This document shows positions 12,184 through 24,240 of a stretch of DNA of 64,000 nucleotides, piece after piece. Within the stretch, counting starts at the first letter, position 1. Each line of letters opens with the position of its first letter. Made by a program: the position numbers and the translations under genes. Source of the stretch: Gekko japonicus (Eukaryota); the NCBI RefSeq assembly GCF_001447785.1, contig NW_015163703.1:62001-126000 (forward strand), given 5' to 3'. The notes beneath the pieces were generated by a model, which saw only the letters and a list, made by a program, of their open reading frames with translations, was not told where the DNA came from and did not search any database.

Positions 12184-14575
12184 TGTTTCCAGTGCCCCAA
12201 GGGCGCTAAGGTTCTTTGACTTGTGTTGCTAGCCAATAAACCACACAGTTAAAACAATCATCCAGGCAGTAAAGGGTAACAAAAGAATTTATTCGAATAA
12301 GGAGCACATCACAGCATAATTCAGCATGGGTGTTCAATGAGCAAATACAGAAAGCAGACTTATATACTCTTCTTGCTCCTTCTCACTTTACATCATCTCT
12401 GACATCATTTAGACATGCTCAGTTCCGTTTTCTTTGTCTGGCCAGTCATCAATCACATATTTGACACACAGGAGGTTACTTGGCTGCGTCTCAACTCCCA
12501 CAATGCAGGTGCAGCACTCATTATATTTGATTGATGTTTTGTTTACTTTTTTGGCCATACTTCCAGACTCCTTTCACCTTTGAATGAACTTTCAGGCTGA
12601 ATTCATTTTCAGTATCAAATCTATCAGTTCTGTTACACAATTGGCCTTCTTTCATATTAATACATGCATCTTAAAGCATTTTATAAACTTATTTTCACTA
12701 ACAGGTATACAAAATATGAAAACATATCATTACAATGACATTCTAAGGAATTAAACCCTTTACATGAAGTATTTAAGTGTTTTAAAGTAGCCTATGGCCA
12801 AAAGCTCTTGAAGATGCACTGAACTTATCTATTATTTTTTCATTTTGGCCTATCAGAATATTTTAAACAATTTTTATTAAGTTTCTTTTTGTCTAAATTA
12901 AAGCTTTTAATTTGTAAAACGCAGTAGCTTACTTTAGCCAGGAGGGGACATCATCTATAATACAAATGTTGTATTTCTAATTGACCCTTTTAGTTGATGC
13001 CAAGAGTCATGATTTAAGATCCACCTGAACCTCTTAATTAACAGATGTGCATGATTGATTTCTGTGACATCACCTGCTCATTAGTAGCTGAGTACTCCTT
13101 TAACAAAGTTCAAAGCACACACTTTAGAACATCTCACAACTTTGCTCATTAGTTCTGACCTGCCCATGATTTATGTTTTCCGTGTTGGCAGGGTCTTCTA
13201 CACACCTGGTAGTTCTGAATGTATAATGATTTCTCTTTAGGCAAACAAGTATTTTTGTCTTAAGCTTGAAATTAATAAAGGGATAGTTGCTTTTACAAAC
13301 ATCTCTTATACATATTCAGTCTTAAACATAACATAAAGTTCTAAAAACATAAAGTTCTAAAAACACATCATCAGATCAAGAGAAGAGATTTCTCTCTATT
13401 ACAGTATATAGCTGTCCTTTTACCCCAACTAGGGTCTTCTCTTTAGAAGTACAAGATGGAACAATAAATCTTAAAGTTGGCAATAGTTTCTTTTCAATTA
13501 AAACTGCTGACATTATACCTATTTAATTCATTAAACAAAGCTTTCTATTATTTCAGTTAAAAATACAGAGTCTTTTCTTTAAAATTGTATGCCAACAGGC
13601 AAACATATATTACTTATACTTAAAGAATAAACACAATCTGGGTTTCCCTTATTTGAAATTGTTAAGACTCATAAACCACTGCAATAAACATCTTAACCAT
13701 AAGCTTTCATTCTCAGCTATAGACATTCAGATAGAAAATACAATTGCACTTTATTTAACCTTGTTAATTTTTGGCATCCCTTAGCTTGGCTGGTGAATCC
13801 TTGCCAGGTCAGTTTGACCAATTACTTTGTTAGGTCCTTTGGAACAAAAGGATCCCATTATAAATAATAAAATTGTGACAGTTCCTAATTAAAATTTGCA
13901 GAGAGTTAACAGGGGAGAAACACCTGCTCATTAAAACTCAAACACTCCCTATTTCTTTGAAACAAGGGCTGGAACATGTCAATTAAAAAAAATGATTAAA
14001 CCACCAGCTTTTAAAACAGTGTTTGGTGGCTAACAGGTTGCTAATTCTCCAGGAATCACAAAGACTTCCCCCCCAAAGATTCCTGTAAAACAGCAATAAT
14101 CAATTAAAAAATCATTTGAACGCTTGGCACTTCCTACACCACTAACAACATTATGCTTCATAGTCTGTTTGCTTTTGTCTTTGTTAACTGGAACTTATGC
14201 CGGGGTTCGCTGGGGATTTTCCACAGCTCTCCAAGTGGGTGCAATGGCGCGGTGTCTTCTCCATCCCACAGAGTCATGGGATACATTCCAGGGACGCACA
14301 TGGTCCGTATGTGCAACGGCAGGCCCAGGCCAGCCTATTTCTAGGCAAGCATGAGATGCAGAACAAAGCAACACACAACATACAGCAATCCCTGAATACA
14401 TAATGCATAGGTATTCATGCTAGAGACACACATAAGCAGCATCACCACTATACAGAAATACAAACATAAGCTCATATCGTTACAACTCCCCCCCCCAAGA
14501 TTTCTGTAAAACAGCAATAATCAATTAAAAAAAACAATTGAACACTTGGCACTTCCTACACTATTAAGAACATTT
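12184..14575 (-). mobile_element. LTR-retroelement-like segment (long LTR or non-autonomous element)
   Basis: On the minus strand a PPT (ggggggggag) is followed by TGTAACG at 14486, with AATAAA near 12290 and an ...AAACA end at 12184. A ~90-bp PPT-adjacent block is repeated at 14066-14152 and 14487-14574. No coding remnant found. Confidence 0.45.
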
Positions 14576-14734
14576 GTCTGCCTGAGCAACGTCTATCTAA
14601 GCATGCTTATCCCACCCTTTCTTCAAGGAACTCAGGTCAGAATGCCTATGGCCCTTCCTCTATATCTAATTGACTGTGGTGGGAAATTGGATACTTTACC
14701 ACTGATCTGATCAAGCAGGGTTTTTCTTAAAATG

Positions 14735-16750
14735 TTCCAGACAGGATCTGTTCCAATCTGGTGTCAGGCCTGGCTATGGAACTGAAATGGCCTTGGTAAC
14801 CCTGGTGGATGACGTGTACTGGAAGATGGACAGGGGGAGTGTGACTCTATTAATTCTCCTGGGCTTCTTGGCAGCTTTCAATACTGTCATGATCCTGGGC
14901 CTATAGTGGTGTGGCCTGCAGGCTCTAGGGAGGCCAAGTGGCTCCAGGGCCTACATTTCCCAGGTCCCCTCTGGACCCCGTGATTGGGTAATAGGGGATT
15001 TGGAGGGAAAACTTATACCAGCAGAGGACCAGAGGGGTGGTGCCTGGGAAGAAGGAATAAAAGGCCTTGCCCAAAATGGGAGGGGAGTTCACTCCCAGGG
15101 AGCAGAGCTAGTGGGGCTGCTGCAGAAGGATGGATCCCTCATCCAAAAAGGGGTGAGTCAATTTGAGGCAAATACCTAGAGAAGGCTAGGACAGTATAAT
15201 CAGACACATTATGATTTCTTATTTTTCTTGTTTATCAACCTTTACTGTGCTCATTTTTTTTTACAGGTTCTTGAGCCGCTTCGGTGGGAGGGCGGGATAA
15301 AAATCAAATAAATAAAATAAATAAACTACATTTTTTAAATCTCTTTAATAAAAATAGTTTGTTACTCTGCCTCGGTCCTCACATCTTATAAGGGAAACCT
15401 ACTGGAAGAGGAGTGTATAAAGGGGTAGGGTGGGTGCTCTGGGTCCTCCTGAGGAAACCCATACCAGAGTGGTGGCAGCCATTAGAGAACCTTTCTTCTC
15501 GCTGCCCATGACAGATACCATCAATCATGTTATCTTTCTGGACTGCCTTTTGGGGCTGGGACTGGGAGGCACTGTTCTGCAGAGGTTCCAATCTTACATT
15601 GAAGGTAGGTTTCAGGGTATAGTGCTGAGGGACTGCTGCTCTACCCCTTGGCCTCTGGCCTATGCCTATCCACAAGGTTGCATCTTGTCTTCCATGCTTT
15701 TTAGCTTCAACGTACAGCCACTACGAGAGGTCATTTGGAGATCTGAGTTAAGTTTCCATCAATATGTAGATAACACTCAGCTCTACCTTGTGCTTCAAGT
15801 ATTTCCCAGGAAAGTTGTTGAAACTGTGAACTGGTGCCTGGAAGCAGTTTTGGAATAGATGAAGGATAGCAAGCTGAAACTTAATGCTGACAAAATGGAG
15901 GTGATGTTGGTGTGTGTGTGGGGGGTCTAACCCAGGAACTGGGATTTCTCCTGTTCTGGGTAGAGTTGAATTCTCCCTAAAGGAGCAGGTTTGTACGTTG
16001 GGGTGCTTCTGGACCTGGGTCTCCTGTTGGATAAACAGGTGGCAACAGTGGCCAGGGTGCATTTTACCAGCTTCAGCCCTTGCTGAGGTAGAAAGATCTT
16101 GCCCCTCTGGTATATGTCCTGGTAATAACAAGATAAGACAACAGCAGTATGTGGAGCTGCTGTTGAAGACTGTCCAGAAGCTACATTTGGTGCAGAATGT
16201 GTCAGCCAGAAAGTTGACGAGAGTGGGTTGTAGGGACCATATGTCTTCAGTCTTGTTTCATCTACACTGGCTCCCAATTTGTTTCTAGTCCCAATTCAAG
16301 GCACTACTATTGACCTTTAAAGCCCTATGTGGTTTGGGGCCAGCAGCATACCTCAAGGACTGCCTTCTCCCATAAGAACCTTCTCATCCACTCCAGCCAT
16401 TTTCAGAGGTGCTCCTTTGGGTGCTGTTGCTATCTGAGGCTAGATGGGTGGCAACACAAGGAAGTGCCCTCTTAGTTGGGGTGCCAATCTTTTGAACTCC
16501 CTCGCCAGGAAGAGTAATCTCTCTCCCTCTATTGTTATCTCCCACCAGTGGGTAAACACTTTTTTGTTCTGTTTGGCACTCCCCCGATAACTGTTACTGG
16601 CCTCCACCCTAGTTTTTGGTGTTATGTCTCTTTATATGTTTTTACTGAATTATTGTACATATAATTTATGTAATGTTTGCTGTTTGCTGCCTTGAAGACC
16701 TTATTTGGATGGAAAGGTGTCACAGAAATGTTTTAAATTAATAAAATAAT
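14735..16750 (+). mobile_element. L2 LINE, decayed 3' half
   Basis: RT motifs QSGVRPGYGTEMALV, PQGCILSSMLF, HQYVDNTQLY, LKLNADK and LHLVQNVSAR..LHWLP; L2-type 3' tail. Confidence 0.9.
14885..15513 (+). mobile_element. Solo LTR inserted in the L2 RT
   Basis: TGTCATG...CATGACA inverted termini, 5-bp TSD aatac/gatac, AATAAA at ~15347. It itself contains a short L2 3' tail at ~15268-15325. Confidence 0.85.
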
Positions 16751-17423
16751 GACTCCTTTTGGCATCTAAATATTCCCGATTTTCAGTGCAGGGAGAAGCC
16801 TTCCTGTACCTATCCTGTACCTGCTATTATCACAATATAACCTATGGTCTCCCATTGATGATCTTTAAAAAAATTTAAACAAACCAAACACTGGAAAACT
16901 TAATTTGGATATTCCCCATGTCATACCTTCTTTAACCTTACGGGGGTAATTTTACCACTAATTTTGAATTTTGAAATACCTTTTTACAATTCAGTATAAA
17001 TATCATGCCCCACTCCAGTAGGAAAAAAGTGGGCTGTTTCTTGCCACTGTAATGTTAGAGGTTCTGATCTCACACCAATGCAGCAGCATCACTTTTTCTC
17101 AGGCACCAATAACAGCAGGCATCACCAGATGATTTAGGCATATTTTGGTGTATTCCTAATTCGATCTGGCTCTAGGTTGTATGATGCGATGGCAATGGCT
17201 GCCGTCAAGAACATTAGCCAGATGACATATTACTGCTATACAGATCCTTTGTGGGCATGTCAAGCAATACCTGGTGAACAATGTACATATTGCACATATT
17301 GTTTTTAATTTTTGTATATGTTGTTGTCATGAGCCATTTAACATTGCCCTCTATACTTAGTGCTCTAATATAATAGTTTCTTTTAATCAGTTTTAGTGCC
17401 TCCTGTATCATTTATACATTGTA

Positions 17424-17622
17424 TGAACACACTGCCTTATCCTGAGTCAGACCACTGGTCTTTCAAGGTCAGACTTGTGCATTCTGACTGGCAGAGGCTA
17501 TCTAGGGACTCAGGCAGAGGTCTTTCACATCATCTACTACCATATCCTTTTAACAGGAGATTCTAGGCTCTGAACGTGGGACAGTATGCATTCAAAGTAG
17601 ATGTTCCACCACTGAGCCATAA
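17424..17622 (-). mobile_element. tRNA-derived SINE with CR1-like tail (older copies at ~18560-18710, ~48600-48715, ~59150-59360, all +)
   Basis: tRNA-like head ggctcagtggtggaacatc.. and shared body gaaagacctctgcctgag..ctgccagtca..gacc..tggtctgact. Confidence 0.7.
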
Positions 17623-19118
17623 GTCTGACTCCTCCAGCCAGTTATAGATAGTTGATTCACAACAAACATTAAAAATTCTGAAAACTTAAGGGTGGAAATA
17701 CATTGCAAGGAAACAGAAAGTGGTGCCAAAACAAATATTCCAGTGTACAGTTTGCATAAGACACAAGTGAGATTTTTGAACTACAGCTCTAGGCCTTCTA
17801 AATTTGGTGGCATACCTAACAGAGTGCTATAGTGAAGACACATGGAAATATACACATATAAAAGCCATTAGAGATTATTCAAATTGAAAATGGAAATAAC
17901 ATAATAAATGACAAATTTCATTACATATTATCTGGTCTCTAGCTGAGACCTATGATACTCTTTTAACAAGACTGTCCTGTCATATGAGAAACCTGACCAT
18001 ATTAAATGAGGCTATAAAATTGTTTGTGGCACAAAATTGATTTTTGCAAAAGAAATGCAGTGCTGCCTATGAATTTAAAAGCCATTTTAATTGTGCTACA
18101 TTACTGTTTTGAAGAAATTCCCAGAATTTCATTTGAAATCATAATTCTATTCTTTGAGAGAGAGAGAGAAAATTCACAATTGCTGGGTCATAAATGCCCA
18201 TCATACAATCTGGTCAAATCCTCTTCTGTTCGCTTTATTTTATGGTATCTGAATGTGTCTCCATGGACCTATTCTAAGCATAAATAGTTGTAGCACATCA
18301 TAAACTCCTCCCCTGTGATATAGCCCATTTTATTTAGAAGTCTAGAAGATAGTCCAGTAATCATGTGAGTGCAAGAATTTCATTAAGGGGAGATATATTA
18401 TTAGACACAAAACTGTCTTTGTACTGAAGCCCTTTTCCTTTCTGGTAGTAATCTGAGGTCATTCAGGCAATAATATTAAATGCAAAATAATAGTCATGGT
18501 CCAGTGCCTTTATTGAATGAATGCTTTCCTGCTCCGCAGAAAGGACTGAGATTACAATACTATGTGGCACCAGTGAATGGATCACGAGTAGCAGGGCTGG
18601 GAGAAGCCTTTACCTTAAACCTTGGGGAACTGTTGCCAGCTTGCAGTAAGAGCTAGGCTGGGCAAATGGTCTGACCTAGCAGTGTGCAGCAGCTCCATAG
18701 ACTCATGTGTACCTTTGGAATGCCTATACGAAGAATTCCTTTTCCCCTCTCAATCTGGGTTTTCAGAGAGGATGAATTTTCTATAGGTACTTATCTTCAA
18801 TTCACAAACACATTTTATTTTTCAAGTCTGCTCTTCAGAAGTCCCCCATGCCACTGCAAGCCACCTAATCTCCATACTATTTCAGTCCTCCTAAGGAGTA
18901 GTTTTCAGATTTGCATAGTGAAAGTTAAGACATAATGCATGTATAACTAATCAAAATCTGATGCAGACATGTCATTTGTTACCCTTAGAGGGTAAGAAAT
19001 TCAAATGAAATTTCTTCCAGCTTTCAGATCCAAAGTGAAAAGGTTAGGTCCAACCAGTTTGTGATGAAATCATTGTGGATGCAGCCGCACTCTGTTTTCT
19101 GTTTTATTCCCATATATT

Positions 19119-19681
19119 GGCCATGTTCAGACTGGCAATTTAAACCGCTAGGGAGTCGTGGCAAAGAAAAACCGGAACAGACCCGGAACAGCTTGGTTGC
19201 GGTATTCCCATTCACACCGCAGCGAATTATGTGAGAGGATACCGTGGAGGAAGTGCAATGGAGTGTTCACACTGTTGGGGTTCCCTGGCGGGCTGTTAGT
19301 GGCTCTTTCCGCACTAGGCTGCATGTGCCCATGCACATGGGCGCATGGGTGCAGTGGCAAATAGGGCATGATCACGCATGCCCTGACAGCGCCTGCTGGG
19401 GAAAACAGCCAATTCCTATTATCAATTACTGCGGGTTGTTACCGCCTTAGCAGCACTTGCATTCACACTCAGGGAACTGGAATCAACCCGCTCTACACAC
19501 AGTTTGCTACCACTTTCACCTGGTATCTTTTAAACTTGGGAGGGAAGCGGCACAAGATGGCTTGAGTATGGCTGGGGGATGCCTGACAGATGTGCCTGTG
19601 TGAACCCGCCCCTTTAATCCACTACTGAACCGCTACTGAAACGTTTGCGTGCCGGGCCAACCTGCCCGTCTGAACTCGGCC
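19119..19681. mobile_element. PIF/Harbinger-like MITE, copy 1
   Basis: TIR ggccatgttcagactggca / tgcccgtctgaactcggcc; 3-bp TSD ATT; homologous (inverted) to 43787-44272. Confidence 0.8.
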
Positions 19682-22429
19682 ATTGGCTTAGCATTTGTGG
19701 TATCAGGACAATAATCAATACAGGAGAGTCAATGAAGGAGCATACTGGCTAAACATTTATTTATCTGACAGTCATGCTGTCCAACCAGAACATTTAGCTC
19801 AAGTCTATATCACACAACATCATCTTTTAATTGCTACTGTGGTGCAGTGATTCCTATATTTATATTCCTGGCTGATTGGCAGCCCACCAGAGTGGAGACT
19901 AACCTTCTCATTTTAAAAGCAGCAGCAGCAGAAGAAAAAGCCCTGGGGGGACACATTATATATGTGTCCTGAACTCCATGTGTAAAGCAGGAAGTGGGGT
20001 GCAAAGGTGATGAGAGGCAAATCTTGCACTCTTCTGTCTTCTTGAATGGTTCAAGTTTTCTCCCCTTGTGTCAGGCCTCTGATGGAGGGAGTCAGGGGTT
20101 GAGCACCGTCCAAGTTACCTCCTCTCCTCCTCTCATGGCCAAACCCATGAGGGGCCTATAGCATCTTCTGCACAATCTCTTCCCAGCTGCTCCCTTTCCT
20201 CATCCCTAGGGTGGTGCTTCCAGACATCTGATTGTCAGAGGGCTACTGTTAAAAGGCCAGCTGTCATTGTCTGGCTGACTCTTAAAGAGCCAGCTGCCAT
20301 TGATCAACTGACTGATGTATAGGGGTTTACAGGGTGCAACCATGGCTCCATTGGGCCTGGTGGATGTGGGACTTGAATAGTGGTATACCAAGAAATAAGG
20401 GGATCTGGTGTTGACCGCAGCCCCTTGATACCTCTGGCTACCCTGCAAGTGAGAATTTCGATTGACTTTGGAACAGATGTCTCATCTGCTTGACTTCTGG
20501 CATGGGGGATCCTCTGGGTAATAGATACAATCCCTGAGAATTTAATTCCAGTTTGTTGGATCACAAACAACATTTCAGATTCTATTGTGTTTCCCATTGA
20601 AATCTAACTCAATACAATAATAGTACTGAACTGTACTATGATAAACAATATAAGCAGAGTATAAATAAGTTTATGACACATCCTGTTAATTACTAGAGAT
20701 GAACAAACACCTTGAAGCATAAATCATAACTGAATTATTAATTAAAAGAGTTTCAAAAAAAGTATTTTTATGAAGAATTATAAACTGGTTCACTTTTGGA
20801 GGACATACACATTCTTGCACTGTTGCTTGGGAATTATAGTACAGGTTCGGGGTGGGGGATCTCACTGCCCAAGAACCGCTTTCTTTTTCTGTACACTGTC
20901 ACAATGTCCTGCCCTATCCTCCATATTTGCCAGCATAGATCTTCTAATAGTGGTGAAGTATGAGGTAGCAGTGACTCTGTAGCATTTGCAGTTACATTAC
21001 AAAGCCTCAAGACAGTTTCAGGAATCAGAACACTTTATTTTTATTGAGATTGCACAAAGGGTTAAATGTGACAGCACTTTCATAAGCATGCAAAACCATA
21101 AGAAAACACAAGGGCCATGCCACTATGTGGGATTTGGGGTGCCAAAGCTACTATATATACCTTTATGATGTATCCTTCTCAAACACTTGACCACATTTTA
21201 AATCTTGTAATATCAGTACTTCATAACTGAATCATATCTTATCATCAGATCTTTTCCTCTGCCCTAACAAACACCCTGTTCCACCTAAACAAATAATGAC
21301 AATAGCTATAGACTTTTTATCCGAAAACCTTGCCAAGTCAAACTTAGGGGGGGGGGGTCAATGGTAAATAGTTATCTAGAAGACAGTCTATACCAATTGT
21401 ACAGTAGCACCACAGTACTGAACATATTGATTTCAAAATAAAAACCACTTATCAGTTAGCAAATTACATTGCTAAAATACCAAATTCTATACAATTCTAA
21501 ACAGGCATGGCTGCAGTCATGCCACTGCAGATGTACATTTCATTGTGTTTGTGGTAAAACTGGATTCACTGGTTCAGGGTAACACTGGGTTCTCATCAAG
21601 GCATATGCCTCCATCTTGGATGAATAGCATTGCTACGTCACCCAATTTAAAGCAACTATTATCTAGTATTAATGAACTCTCATTCAGAATTTTGTAGTAT
21701 AAGGAAGGGCTTAGGGCTGGGTGTGCCACCTCATTGCAACACTGTCAGAGATGATGTGGATGTCATAACAGCTAAACAATGTCACAATGACCTTTCAGGT
21801 GAATGTGCTAAGTTAAAATACATTTTTCTCCTTTACAGTATTTTGGGTCCTTTGATTTCCTTCTGTATTGTGAATACAAACACAATTCTAATTCTGCACA
21901 TACTGAATTATAACAAAGCTGGATTTGTGGAAATGTATTTCCTTTTCCATTTGCAAAAGATTCAACTAATCTTGCAGTTGTGGGACAATGCCTTGGTATT
22001 TTAACAGTTTCAGTAAATTAAGCCCACAAGCAGAACTAAAACAGAAGTCTCTTAAAGCTTAGGTTTGAGAGCTGAATAATGCTAGGAATTCAAATCTGCC
22101 TGGGCTGTTGTAGGAAATGTGGGAATTTATTTATATATTCACTCATTTTAAAATTTCTATCCAATTCATATGATTACAAATGAATAAAATCATAACACCA
22201 ATAAGTGCATTAAAAACAAAGAGCAACACTAATTTAAAGGCTAATCTAAACACACTTTCCTCATGATTTCTACAAGAAAGATACTATATAGGGTCCTAAA
22301 ATATCTTTCAGCTTTATTAAGATCACTTTGAGATCGAGCTTTAAGCTTCCCTATCAATATATCAACTATGCCACAACTGCCTTTTTTATTTTCTGGAGTG
22401 GAAATTCATGTATTACACTACTCAATAAT

Positions 22430-22634
22430 TGATAACATGAATTTGTCAGATTGCTGTCACCATTGATCATTGCCCCTTATCAATGCCCATTTTCACCCAA
22501 CAGGTAAGCTGAACTGGAGGAAACGAACTTATCACGTGTAGGCTGGGTCCTGTTATCTGATAGCTATCACTTAAACTGAATATATTTAATGAAAAGCATT
22601 TTAGGTAGCAGCTAAACTGCTTTTCCTGTGATAA
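22430..22634. promoter_or_regulatory. Candidate enhancer: cluster of GATA motifs plus an E-box
   Basis: Seven WGATAR sites in ~205 bp and CACGTG at 22533-22538. Motif content only, no functional data. Confidence 0.35.
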
Positions 22635-23403
22635 GAGCATCCTAGATTGCTTGCAGTGTTATACATGATTCCTTAAAATTTACACTGTATTGGTTGCAAA
22701 TACTGATTTTCGTCACTCCATTTTAGATTAACTCCTGGCTAGGAAGTCTTAGGGAGCAATCCTAAACAGTAGTCACGTTTTATTCAATGGGCCTTACTCA
22801 TAGGAAATGTGTGTGGGGGTTTTGTTTGTTTGTTTGTTCTTGTTTTTTTGAGGATTACAGCTGTATATTCCCTGGGCACCAACCATTCACTTGAGAGGGT
22901 AGGATAACATTCCATTCATATTCCAACCACAAATATGTCACACTGAAACTGAAATGAGTCAAAAGAGGCTTTCAAAGACTGCTGAATTTTCTGTGCCAAT
23001 GCAAATACACTTAACAGATTTCAGAAGTAAAAACCTGCTTTAAAATATTAGGTTGTAAAGCTTGCATCTGTGTAGAAGTACAATGTTCAGTATAGATATA
23101 CTGTTGTGTCTTGCTCCATTTACAATATTTGCTTTGTAGCAGCTCTGCAGGTATAACTTTCATGTGCAAGCACACTTCTTCAGACACAGAGAACAGAATC
23201 TCTTCAATCATTACATATAGGAGGTGGGGGTTTGGTTGTCAGGAAGGATTAGTTAGAGTCAAGATGCATAAGAACTGGGTGATTATAGCTGAGATTGGAT
23301 TAAGGCAAGATTAGCATAGAAATACAAATGTTAACATGTATATGTGAGAATGACATTTGAGTCCAGTGGCACCTTCAAGACAAAGGCCAATACTGGCTAC
23401 AAG

Positions 23404-24089
23404 TAGGGTTACCAGGTCCATATTAGTCCCCAATGGGGGACTTTAGGGGGCATTCTCAGAGGGGGCAGGGCATCCCCAATGTGATGACATCATGTTGGGG
23501 ATGTCCCCGCTCCAAGCCCCACCCCCAAGAACTATTGCCAGTGCTGTGAGCACTTAAAGAGGTCCCTTTACAAGCCCACAGCTGGAAGGCCCCACACACC
23601 CAATCTCTGAGCGGTATTGCCACTTGAAGATCGGGCGTGCAGGCTGGGGCCCTGTTCCACCAGCTGCGAGCACTTAAAGGGGTCCCTTTAAGTGCCTGCA
23701 GCCAGAGGACCCCACTCGCCTGATCTCCAAGCAACATTGCCACTGGGAGATTGGGGACATGAGGCCCTGTCCCACTGGCTGCAAACACTTAAAGGGACCC
23801 CTGCAGCCAGAAGGCCCTGCGTGCCCGATCTCCCAGCAGCAATGCCGCTGGGAGATCAGGCAAGTGGGGCCCTTCCCACCTGCTGTGAGCATTTAAAGGG
23901 GTCCCTTTAAGTGCCTGCAGCTGCTAGAAGATTGGGCGCATGGCCCACAGCTACCCCTCTCCCTCCTCTCTCTCATAATTGAAGGGAGAGGGGTGGCTGT
24001 GGATGTTGGAGGTGGGGCTTCCCCCACCAGCCAGCTGGCTGGTGGTGGGTTGAACCCCCCCCAAAAGCGGGGGGGATCTGGCAACCCTA
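23404..24089. mobile_element. hAT (Blackjack-like TIR) non-autonomous element with an internal palindromic tandem array
   Basis: TAGGGTTACCAG...CTGGCAACCCTA termini; 104-120-bp internal repeats. It sits in a degenerate Penelope-like remnant (tgagtccagtggcacctt at ~23359). Confidence 0.75.
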
Positions 24090-24240
24090 GAAGTGAGTAC
24101 CGCTTAGATGCATTGAAACAGAGTTCCTCAAATATGACATGTGGGAGGAGTTAGTTGCAAGTAAGTGCTAATAGAGTCAAGTCTGTGTTATCAATGTTAT
24201 TTCACACATGCACATTTTTGCACAGCCTTGTGAGACACAT

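Noticed and set aside
20206-20597. Minus-strand ORFs of 80-97 aa
   Set aside because: No recognisable domain or splice context; the region has internal duplications typical of an old repeat.
22450-22503. Plus-strand 54-nt exon ending CAG|GTAAG
   Set aside because: Weak polypyrimidine tract and unrecognised peptide; better explained as part of the GATA-motif region.
23550-23925. CRISPR-like array of palindromic repeats
   Set aside because: The spacers are homologous to each other, the array lies inside hAT TIRs, there are no cas genes, and the DNA is vertebrate.
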